DNA of 64,000 bases, from the NCBI GenBank assembly GCA_030704615.1, contig CM060733.1, positions 26,350,001-26,414,000 of the forward strand. The letters run 5' to 3'. Positions 48,680 through 60,044 of this stretch are shown here, in pieces. Source of the DNA: Takakia lepidozioides (Eukaryota > Plantae > Bryophyta). Numbering within the stretch: the stretch's first letter is position 1; the number at the start of each line of letters is the position of its first letter. Position numbers and translations under genes: made by a program. Below the pieces are notes generated by a model. That model worked only from the letters and a program-made list of their open reading frames with translations, had not been told where the DNA came from and did not search any database.

Positions 48680-51460
48680 CTCAACGAATTGAGGAAATCC
48701 TATGCTGAGCTGAAGAGATTGTCTTGGCAGATGAAGGATCAAGCATAGAAATGTGCTTTCGACATTGGGTGAGCTAGTGAGGGTTGTGAAGTTCAAGAAT
48801 TTGAGTGGTATAGAAACAGAAACAACTGGATGGTGAACGCTATGGAGAAGTGTAGTGGAGGGGATCTGTCATGGAGAAGGTATTTACTGAAGTTGAGGTC
48901 TTGTGGATAAAACTCACATTGAAGTGAGAAAACAAATTTAGTTGAAATTTGAACAACACTGTTTGACTGTGCTTCCAATGGCCTTCATTTCAGAGTTGGT
49001 GTGAAGTCACAGCAGGGGCGCGGGATGGAGGCCTTGGAGACCTATGAGCAAATGATGGGGAAAGGGGTGAAGTGCAACCACATCACGTTTGTGTGCGTTG
49101 GCACTGCTTGTGCAAGCCTTGCAGGCCTGGAAAAGGGTAAAGAGGTGCATGGTGACATCATCAAAGCTGGAATTGCATCAAATGTCATTCTGGACACTGC
49201 CCTGGTGGACATGTATGCGAAATGTGGGTGCATCAAGGATGCAAAGGCAGTATTTGACAATGTGGCTGAACGAAATGTAGTGAATGCGATGATTGCAGGA
49301 TATGCCCAGCCTATTTCAGCCTGTTTTGCCCTCTCATCAGACTCGGCCCTGAGATGCATATTGAATTCTGTAAGTTAGCTCGTTGGCTGGATCTGTGGTA
49401 GTTTGGAATGACTTTGACAAGTAACTGCCGATGTGGCAGCAGGAAAGTATCCAAAAACAGATAACATAGATGAGGAGAAGCTTTGGTTTGTACTCAGGCA
49501 GGGATAGCTGAAGGATTCATCCAAGATGGCTGGATTTCAAACATAAGATTACTTCTGATTCCCTGTGGATCAATAGCTACAAGAAATTTGCGTGGACAGA
49601 TGGTCAACTGGAAACAACAGCGACAACAGCACAACTTTGTTGACATCACATATGTTATTGTCTTTCAGCCATGGGCCTCAACACTAGCTTGTGGGGGCAT
49701 TGAGGATGGTTTTATGGCCCATGTTTGCAACAAAGAAGTACGTGTATACGCCCCCCACCATAGCAGCCCATCTTGCTTCCTCTCTGTTATTCTTGGATAT
49801 CTCCTTAGGGCTTATGCATAAGCTTGGGAGCAGTAGCCATATACTATCATTCTGGCTCTATCACAACCTTAGCTCTTATCATGCTGGGACACGCCGTGCC
49901 GTGACTGGTGGTGTGTTTGAAGTGTTCGAGATTCAGCAATGCTTGCTAGAGGCAGAGTTGTCATGCATCTCTATTCAAGGACAATGTGGTGAGGGTACCT
50001 TCTTCTTCGACCTATTTCAGCCTGTTTTGCCCTCTCATCAGACTCAGCCCTGAGATGCATATTGAATTTTGTAAGTTAGCTCGTTAGCTCATAGGCATGG
50101 ATAGCTGAAGAAGCAGGGATAGAGTGTGGGTCCAGATTCATCCAAGAGGGCCAGATTTTAGGCACAAGAGTACCTGTGATTCCATGTGGATCGATAGCTA
50201 CAAGAAACCTGCATGGGTAGACGGTCAACTGGAAGCCGTAGCAGTGCAGCGGCACAATTGCTAAAATCAGGCATTGCTAATCAAGGCACCTTCTTCAGCA
50301 CATTTCACCCTTTTTTCTCTCACAACAGGAAAGCAGCCAAAAACATGTAACAGAGATGAGGAGAAGCTATGGAATGAATACTTTTCTGAGCCCAGTCACT
50401 GGTGACAGCACTGGAAAAGGGCAAAGAAGTGCATGGTTGCATCACCGAAGCTGGAATTGTACCAGATGTGATTCTGAACAATACCCTCGTGGACTTGTAT
50501 GCCAAATGTGGGAGCATTGAGGATGCGGAGGGAATGTTCAGCACTATGGCTGAATGAGATGTGGTGTCGTGGAATGCGATGCTTGCAGACTGTGCACAGC
50601 AGGGGCGCGGGATGAAGGGTTTGGAGACCTATGAGCAAATGACGGGGGAATGGGTGAAGCTTGACCACATAACGTTTGTGTGCGTGTGCAAGCCTGTCAG
50701 CCCTGGAAAAGGGCAAAGAGGTCCATGGTTGCATCGTCAAAGCTGGAAATGTACTAGATGTAATTCTGAACAATACCCTTGTGGACATGTATGCCAAATG
50801 TGGAGGGAGTGTTCAACAATTTGGCTGAATCTGCCTGTTTTGCCCTCTCATCAGACTTGGCCCTGAGATGCATATTGAATTCTATAAGTTAGCTCGTTGG
50901 GTGGATCTGTGGTGGTTAGGAGTGACTTTGACAAGTTACTACCGATGTGGCAGCAGGATAGTATCCAAAAACAGATAACATAGATGAAGAGAAACTTGTT
51001 GGTGGATCTATGGTGGTTTTGGAGTGATTTTGACAAGTTACTGTAGGTAGGGTTCTAATTATCCCACCAACGTTCTTTATCGCCAGATTACACATTTGAC
51101 TTTGTACAAATGATCCATATCTGCTCCAGAAACCCTGCCTAATAACATTCTGGTCACAGCCTATGATGCGTAATTGAATAATTTGTTGCCTCTGGAACTT
51201 GTCAGGGATTGCACCAAATGATGCAAGTCTTTTGATGATGTCTAAATATTTCATCCTTGGGACGCGTGAGACAGAGAGTAACATCAATATGCATTATCAC
51301 TTGCCTGTCCTAGACCAGGGCAGGCCCTAGTCCAAACTTTTTATGCAACAAATCAATTTTGTTGTTCCTTGATGTATAGATAATGTTGCATATGGATTGG
51401 GATGACGATGCAACCATGGACCTCTTTGCCATTTTCCAGGGCTGACAGGCTTGCACTACG
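48680..51460 (+). pseudogene. Scattered PPR fragments (E+ piece about 48680-48745, PLS pieces 49005-49310 and 50400-50830) alternating with repeated spacer modules
   Basis: QRIEEI/YAELKRLSWQMKD and MEALETYEQMMGKGVKCNHITFVCVGTACASLAGLEKGKEVH..LVDMYAKCG. Confidence 0.85.
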
Positions 51461-52229
51461 GCACTATGGCACTATGGCGATGACCGAAGGTCCGAAGCTA
51501 GTTTAGTGTAGAGCAGGAATAGGGTGCCATAGTGCCACGTCATCGTTGCCACGTTTCGTAGCCACTTTTCGTCGCCAAATTCTATCGAGTCTGCCCGAAC
51601 TGCCCGCCCGAGAAACGCGAATAGAACTCGTCACGCCAGTTTTTCGAAACTGCCCAACCTGCCCATGTCTTAATCTTGTTGAACCGCAGGAGGGGTTTCA
51701 CAGGTCGATCGCGATTCGCAGATGGAGACGTTGGAGACGTTTACAGATTGTGAGTGCACAGCAGCTGCTCTTGCACATGGTGGGACAACCTCAATCGCAA
51801 GGTGTCGCTTTTCTGAATGTGCGATGTGAAGAAGTCCATCCTGCAAATGTGGGCTCTTAGTACCAGGATTTCGTATTGTTCCTGATGTTTACAAGGTTAT
51901 TGGGAGATTCAGCTTGGTCTTAGCAGGCCTTTTTTCAATCTCTGCCTGCTCAGCTGCACCTTGGTGGTTCTCACAGACCAACCCGACATTACCCGTCTAC
52001 AGACACAAGCAGCACACACAAGAGGTTTTTTTGGGGTAATTGTCGGCCAAATCCTGCATGGATGATGACACAAGGTCATGGACAATGTGGTGAGGGCACC
52101 TTCTTCTTCGACCTATTTCAGCCTGTTTTGCCCTTGCATCAGACTCGGCCCTAAATTTTCATGTTGAATTTTGCACGTTAGCTCGTTGGTAGATCTATGG
52201 CGGTTTTGGAATGATGTTACTGCCAATGT

Positions 52230-53051
52230 CACTACAACAGATCGCGGTAGTTATGACTGCCAAACCGTGGTAGTCATGGTTTTCATGACTTTGACCATGA
52301 CTGCACCATGTTTTTATATGAAATTGACCTCCCGCAGTCGTTCATACGACTGTAGTCATATGAACGACTATCTAAATAGTCGTCTGTATGACTACATGGC
52401 TCCGGAATGGGCGGAAGGCTATTCCACGGCAATTGACCAGATTTAGCTCACCATTCATAGTCATTTCCATGACTACAGTGTACGTGGATGAGGTTACATA
52501 GTCAGGATGACTACTGGGGATTTTATAATTTGGTGTGTATAATACAATTAAAACACCATATGATCATATGAATGACTAATGGATGTATTGGTTAACAAGT
52601 AGTGAACTATAACTCTTATAACAAAGAGGTTGCAGGTTCAAACTCCTCTAAGTACAATCAAATGGATAAGATGGCCCTATGGTTGGTAGGCGAGCTAGGG
52701 ATAATACGTGGTACCCTAGATGGACTGCCACGTGGTTTTTTCATTATTATAAAATGCATTATGCCACGTGGCACAATGCGGTGCGACGCAACGTTTGATA
52801 TTTTTATTTTTATTTTTTAAATCAATTGCGCCTCGCCACGTGGCGTGGCAGCGGCGGCTGCAGTATGGTATATATGACTGCAGTGAGAGATATCACTTGG
52901 TTTATATGACTGTAGTCATCCGGACCGTACCATCCTGTACTCATTGTATTGACTTGGTTTGCACGACTTACAGTCATAGAAGTCATATGTACCGTTTATG
53001 ACTACAGAATAGTCATATATACAGTCATAAATACCGCGATCTGTTGTAGTG
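52230..53051. mobile_element. Non-autonomous CACTA (En/Spm) element
   Basis: 20-bp perfect TIR CACTACAACAGATCGCGGTA / TACCGCGATCTGTTGTAGTG, 3-bp TSD TGT and ATGACT/AGTCAT subterminal repeats. The empty site CTGCCGATGTGGCAGC is present in paralogous modules (e.g. about 49425). Confidence 0.95.
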
Positions 53052-53499
53052 TGTGGCAACATGAAAGTATCGAAAAACATATAACAAAGACGAGGAGAAG
53101 CTCTGGAATGAATACGTTTCCGATCCCAGTCAATGGTGGAACAATCGAGGCAAAAAAGTGAATGCCTGTTGGAAGCAGACGCAAGTCAGTAGGCACTAGT
53201 GCGATAAGTAGGGTTGGGGTGTTTGATGGAACAATTCTAGGTTGTCATTGTCAGCTACTAGCAGCAAGGCAAGGATGTATGCATGATTTGTGCAGAGGCA
53301 TGGATAGCTGAAGGAGCAGGGATAGAGTATGGATCCAGATTCATCCAAGACGGCCGGATTTCAAGCTCCAGATTACCTATGATTCCCTGTGGATAAATAG
53401 CTACAAGAAACCTGCATGGGTAGATGGTCAACTAAAGGCAGCAGCTGCAGCGGCACAGTTGATAAAATCAGACACTTCAACCATGACCACAACTTCTGA

Positions 53500-56400
53500 A
53501 AGAGGATCAAGAGAGGGAGTCCACAATGCCTCTTCGGACATGTGAAGTTGCTTTGTGCGGCACGCAGACTGACAGAGGTTCTACAGACTTTAAACCAAGA
53601 AGGCATTTCAGCAGATTCAGATACATATGTCTGTCTCGCTTAAGTGCATCAAGATGGAAGGTCTGGAAGCTGGAAAGCAGGTGCACACTCACATTATCCA
53701 AAGTGGATTCACGCCAAATGTTTTTCTACTCAATACCCTTGTCAACATGTATGTAAAGTGCGGGAGCATCATGGATGCTCACCAAGTGTTCAACAGAATG
53801 CCTCAACAATCTTTGATTACGTGGAATATAATGTTGGCACGATTTACCAAGCATGGGTATGGTAGGAATGCTTTGGAGACCTATGAGCAAATGTTGCGCG
53901 AAGGGGTGATGTCACCATGGACCTCTTTCCCCTTTTCCAGAGCTCCCAGGCTTGCACACGCATTGCAAACACAAACAAATGTGATGTGGTTGTCAAAGCT
54001 AGAATTGTACCAGATGTCATTCTGAACACTGCCCCGGTGGACATGTATGCCAAATGTAGGTGCATTAAGGATGCAAAGGGAGTTTTCGACATGAACGAGA
54101 TGTGGTGTCGTGGAGTGCGATAAACTGGAGGGATCAGGAGAGTAATTTTACCATGGTTCCAGAGGGACAATGGATGATGCCGTTAAAAGCGAATCCTCAC
54201 TCAAGTGCATGCCGCCAACCAAGCAACCAGAATATTTCAAAGTGGGAGCTCACTTGAAGATTACACCAAGTGGGTTTTCTGTTGAAAATCCGTTTGTGTA
54301 TTTTGCAGAAGGTCTGTATTATCCCAAGGATGGGAAAATGTACATGAAGGGCTGTCGACCAGTAGATGCCAATTGGACGCTGCTCCAAGACAATGTAGAT
54401 TCCGTAGATGATGGGCTTGACTGTTCCCTTGAAATTGTTCTGGAGTACCCCGCAATAGTTGCTAGGTGGCTCACAAGACCAACTGTGAAGATAGACATCA
54501 CCAGCCGGCGGAATGTGGACGAACCTTTCTACTTCAAACTGATGAATCTTGAGACTTTCCCGATCAGTTACAAACGACAGCAAGATGAGATCATTTCTCG
54601 GAAGAGTCTGGAAGGGTCATTGAGTGTGGCAACCCTAACTCTGATGCTACTATGTATCGGTGCCCAATTGTCACATGCCAAGCACCATCTGGAGTCGACG
54701 CCCTACATCTCATTTGGGATGCTTGGCGTGCAAACTGTGGACTACATAATTCCTCTTATCACAGGTTAGTATAAGCTGACTGATCACCTAAGATCTCTAC
54801 CCTTTTGAACAAGACAGAGATGGTTATAGCTCTTCCCCAGCCAAAGTCAGCTTTAATTTAGGGCTTCCTTTGTGTGATGTACAGAAATCTATAAAGGAGT
54901 TTGGAGTTTGAGTGGGAGGGGATGATCTACATCTTGTGACATGACCAAATGCAGGTGAACTTCACACAAATTTCATCGATGCTGGACCAGCATGCAGGAA
55001 CTGGAAGGCAAGCGTGTGCCTCGAATGGTGTCAGGCAAGACTTTGCCTTGCTTTCCCCCATGGGGTACTGGTGCTCGCGCCTGTGGTTTCATTAGTGATC
55101 GCTTCTTAACAGGGCTCAGGCCTCAAGAGTACTATTTCCATTGCATGGCAGGCCGCGAGGGGTAGGAAATTCTCCCTCTCTGTCCGTTTCTTGTTTGTCC
55201 TCATCTCTCCTATCAGAGTGATTCTATAATGAAGAGTTGTTTCGAAGGGAGGTGTACCACTGGAGTAAGCATTTAGTGGTGGTAGTAGCCCTCATTTTGC
55301 ACCCTGTCCCCTTCCAGTCTTTTGTGCTCTATCTACAACAGGTGTTTGGGTTTCTGGCCGTTGGGTTATGCAAGCAAAGCCTAATTATACATCTCCCTCT
55401 CCTCCTTGCAGAAAGCCCATTTTATGGTGCAAATTGCTTGCTTGAAAATGCATTGGCCTAAATAGGTATGATATAAGGGAGCAATATCCTACACTAGACA
55501 GTGCATCTTCATTAATAATTTGGTAAAAACATATTGAACATATATGATCCATTGATGTGCATTTTCTTGATTTATGTTTTCACTCATGCAGGCTGGTGGA
55601 TATAGTTGTCAAGACATCACGGAGTGGCTATTTGCAAGCCTGAGAGCCTTGGAAAAGGGGAAAAAGGTCCATGATGACATCGTCAAAGCTGAAATTGTGC
55701 CAGATGTCATTGTGAACACTACCCTGGTGGACATGAATGCCAAATGTGGGTGCATTAAGGATGCGAAGGGAGTTTTCAACACTATGGCTGAACGAGATGT
55801 GGTGTCATGGAACACGATGCTTGCAGGGTATCCACGGCAGGGACGTGGTATGGAGGCCTTGGAGACCTATGATCAAATGATGGGGGAAGGGGTGAAGCCC
55901 GACCACATCATGTTTTTGTGCATTTGCAATGCGTGTGCAAGCCTGGCAGCTCTGGAAAAGGGCAAAGAGGTCCATGGCGACATAGTCAGAGCTGCAGTTG
56001 TACCAAATGTCATTATGAACAATACCCTCGTGGACTTGTTTGAAGGGAGTGTTTGACAGTATGGCTGAACGAGATGTGGTGTCGTGGAGTGCAATGATTG
56101 CAGGATATGCACAACAAGCGCGCGGGATGGAGGCTTTGGAGACCTATGAGCAAATGATGTGCGAAGTGGGTGAAGCCCAAACACATGACGTTTGTTTGCA
56201 TTTGGCGTGTGCAAGCCTGGCAGCCCTGGAAAAGTGCAAAAAGGTCCATGGTGACATTATCAAATCTGGAATTGTACCCGATGTCATTTTGAACACTACC
56301 CTGGTGGACATGTATGTCAAATGTGGGTGCATCGAGGATGCAAATGGAGTGTTTGACAGTATGGCTCGACGTGATGTGGTGTCGTGGAGTGTGATGATTG

Positions 56401-58067
56401 CTAGATATGCACAGCAAGGGTGCGGGATGGAGGCTTTGGAGACCTATGAGCAATCGATGTGCAAAGGGGTGAAAACCAACCACATCACATTTGTTTGTGT
56501 TTGCAATGCGTGTGCAAGCCTGGGAGCTCTAGAAAAGGGGAAAGAGGTCCATGGTGACATCGTCAAAGCTGGAATTGTACCAGATGTCATCCTAAACACT
56601 GCCCTGGTGGACATGTATGTCAATACTATGGCTGAACGAGATGTGGTGTCGTGGAACGCGATGCTTGCAGGGGTATGCACAACAGGGGGGTGGGATGGAG
56701 GCTTTGGAGACCTATGAGCAAATGATAGGGGAAGGAGTGAAGCCCAACGACATCACGTTTGTGTGCGTTTGCAGTGCGTGTCCAAGCCTGGCAGCCCTGG
56801 AAAAAGGCCAAGAGGTGCATGGTTGCATCGCCAAAGCTGGAATTGTACCAGATGTGATTCTGAACAATACCCTCGTGGACATGTATGCCAAATGTGGGAG
56901 CATTGAGGATGCGGAGGGAGTGTTCAACAGTATGGCTGAACGAGATTTGGTGTCATGGAACGCCGTGCTTGCAGGATATGCACAGCAGGGGCGCGGGATG
57001 GAGGCCTGGGAGACCTATGAGCAAATGATGGGGGAAGAGGTAAAGTGCAACCACATCACGTTTGTGTGCGTTTGCAATGCTTGTGCAAGCCTGGCAGCCC
57101 TAGAAAAGGGCAAAGATGTGCATGGTGACATCCTCATTCTGGACACTCCTTGGTGGATATGTATGTGAAATGTGGGTGCATCGAGGATGCAAAGGGAGTA
57201 TTTGACAATGTGACTGAACGAAATGTGGTGTCATGAAATGCGCTGATCGCAGGATATGCCCACCATGGTTGTCATAAGGAGGTCCTGCAACTATTTGAAG
57301 GAATGGAAAAGAACGGCTTGAAGCCAGACAATATCACCTTTATATGTGTTCTCTCTGCATGTAGCCACACTAGCCTACTGAATGAAGGAAGATGCTACTT
57401 CGATTCCCTGAGTCAAGATCATGGTGTCACCCCGTCAGTAAAGCACTTTGGCTGCATGGTGGACCTTATGGACGTGCGGGACAACTACATGAGGCAGTGG
57501 ACCTGATTAATAAAATGCCAATCAATCCAGATGTTGTGGTGTGGAAGGCCTTGCTTGGTGCCTGCAGAATCCATGGCAATGTGGAGATGGCTGGCAACAT
57601 CTATCCTCAAGTGGGATGAACAGGATGCCACAACTTATGTGTTGCTATACCAAACATCTATGCTGCAGCTGGCAGGTGGGATGACACTACAAAGGTGAGA
57701 AGAATGATGAAGGTCAGAGGGGTTAGAAAGGAGCCACATGACAAGTTGCATCCCAGAATTAAGGAAATCCATGCTGAGTTGAGAAGAGCGTCTGGGCAAA
57801 TGAAGGAGGCGGGGTATGTGCCTGACACACGTTATTTATTGCATGATGTGGAAGAAAAGAATATTCTCTTTGCCACCACAGTGAGAAGCTGACCATTGGT
57901 TTTAGGCTAATCAGCACGACTCATCAAGAATCTTCGAGTGTGTGGAGACTGCCACACCTCCACCAAATTCATCTCAAAGATTGTTTGCCGAGCAATTGTT
58001 GTATGGGACGCTAACTACTTTCCACCACTTTGAAGATGGGATTTATTCTTCTGGTGAATACTGGTGA
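53500..58067 (+). pseudogene. PLS-class PPR-E-E+-DYW RNA-editing factor pseudogene
   Basis: N-terminal LLCAARRLTEVLQTLNQEGISADSDTYVCL, several PLS triplets, VLSACSH, HFGCMVDL/GRAGQL, WKALLGACRIHGNVE, MKEAGYVPDT, CHHSEKL (57871-57891), [10 protein letters not shown] and terminal EYW-stop. It has many frameshifts and lacks the PG box. Confidence 0.93.
54125..54769 (+). pseudogene. DUF2921-family gene fragment inserted within the PPR pseudogene
   Basis: AEGLY..GKMYMKGCR..DDGLDC..YP..ARWL..P..I.S.R..YF..PYISFGMLGVQ..PLITG resembles plant DUF2921 membrane proteins. It ends at an AG|GTTAGT donor-like site. Confidence 0.75.
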
Positions 58068-59914
58068 AAGGATGTTTTCTTGGAAAGATGCTAGTGTCTT
58101 GCTTCATTCATTGATCTCTGTAGCTACTCAGACCATCCACCATTTCTTGAGAGTACTGACCATCATGTACTGTTGAGTGCAAGATGCAAGTGTCTTGCTT
58201 CATTCATTGATCTGTGTAGCTACTTAGACCATCCACCATTTCCTGATGGTGGGGTCTACCCGGCATAGGTGGAAAGTCACCCCACAATTGCACTTGACTG
58301 AAGGGGTGATTTTTGACTGATTCTGGTGACAGTGGATGGAAATCAGAGTGTTGTCCTATTTCTGGGTTTGGGTGGTGGAGCTTCTCCAAAGCTTGAAGAT
58401 GGAAGTGAATACAAATTTTAATGAGCTTGATGAGAGGGGCAGCCCTATGCACAAGTTTGTTCAGCATCTTAAATTTGGACATGTTTGTTTGTTTCTCGTG
58501 GTGTGGCTTTGGATAGAGCCCTTGACGAACTTGCATGAATATTGTCAAAAGCTAGGCCCCAATCCCATGGTGGATGCTTGAAAGTTCATATAGTGAATGT
58601 AAGGGTATTTGGGTATGTTGTTATTGATTGATGCGGCTTGTGAAATTTGAACCTTGAAATGCATATCCGCCATTTTTCTTCCAGAAAAAAACAAAACACG
58701 GGATCTCTGCATGTAACACCATGGGATGACCCACCCCTTTTTTTGTGAAAAATTGAAGGTAGTTCTCAGAATTCGTCGCTAGTAGTGCGGAGCAACGCAA
58801 AGCCCTAGTTCTAGCGACGACCGAAGGTCGGAAGCTAGTTTAGCGTAGAGCAGGTATAGGGTGCCATAGTGCCATGTCATTGTCACCACGTCATCGTAGC
58901 CAGGTCATCGTCGTCGTCAATTTCTTTGGAATCTGCCCAGACGGCCCGCGCGAAATAGGCTAATAGAAATCTCCTTGCCAACGTCTTTGGAACTGCCCAC
59001 AATGCCCGGATCTTGATCTTCTTGAACTGCAGGAGCTCTGCGTTTTCCACCATCATTCACCTTGCAAGCACAGGCATGGATAGCTTGAAGGAGCAGGGAT
59101 CGAATGTGTGTCCAGATTCATCCAAAAGGGCCGGATTTCAAGCTCCAGATTACCTATGATTCGAAAAGACAACAAATGGGGAGGAGTTTCTTGCAAACGG
59201 AATCGGAAGCTTTCACTCGTGATTGGGTGGGAAAGAAAAAAAGTGCAGCTTAGATTACACCTTACTTCCTTGTTTCAGACCCGCACAGTGAGTCTCCATG
59301 ATTGATTTTCCATGAGCACGAAGGGAATGGCAGGTTGTGTTTGGTTGCAAAAGTCCCACATCTGCTTGAAGCTAAACCCAAGTTTCAAACCTAATCTTAC
59401 ATTGACTAGATTGTAATTGCTGACTGTCCGCCATAATCTCCCTATAACCAGTGTTCACTGGAAACAATAAATGCAAACTGTGAAACTGACATTCAAAGCT
59501 GAAGGTTGCTCTTTTTCCATGTTTCAGCCTTCTTGGTCATTATTTTTGTGACCATTGTTTTGTTAAACGTGATGATAATGAAAGAGGGGAGTGCCCATAG
59601 ACCTGAGCATGAGCCCTTTAAGCAACTTGAAGAAGAAATAGCACTTTCTGTCATAGCAAATTGAGCTCTTTTTCTGTTTTTGCCTATAGATCCATCCTCA
59701 TCAAAGGCATTCAATTGAACAATTTGCCTGATTCTGGTGATGTCAGGTTGCACGTTGTTGGATCCCGGCGAAATTCCATATCCAGGAGCAATGGTGCCAT
59801 TGGGACTAGGCAGATGGGTAGCACACCCAGCGTGAGCAAGAGTGAAATCCAATTTTGGATGCTGCTTGAATGCAGTTATGGGACTGAGGTGAGTGGGCGG
59901 GCTGGTGATCAGAA

Positions 59915-60013
59915 TTGCAAATTGTCGGACATGCTTGGACCTCCCTGGAGCAAAGAGGACCTAGAGTTCTTCTATCAAGCATTTCGGAAATATGGCAGAG
60001 ACTGGAAAAAAGT
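59915..60013 (+). pseudogene. ALY: ALWAYS EARLY / LIN-9 N-terminal SANT/Myb exon fragment
   Basis: [31 protein letters not shown] followed by GT, matching the plant ALY N-terminus. Confidence 0.8.
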
Positions 60014-60044
60014 ATCTTATGACCACAATTGACTTGTTGAGATT

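Noticed and set aside
56040-57168. Intact functional PPR gene
   Set aside because: Frameshifts, deleted motif parts and stops separate all pieces from the DYW domain.
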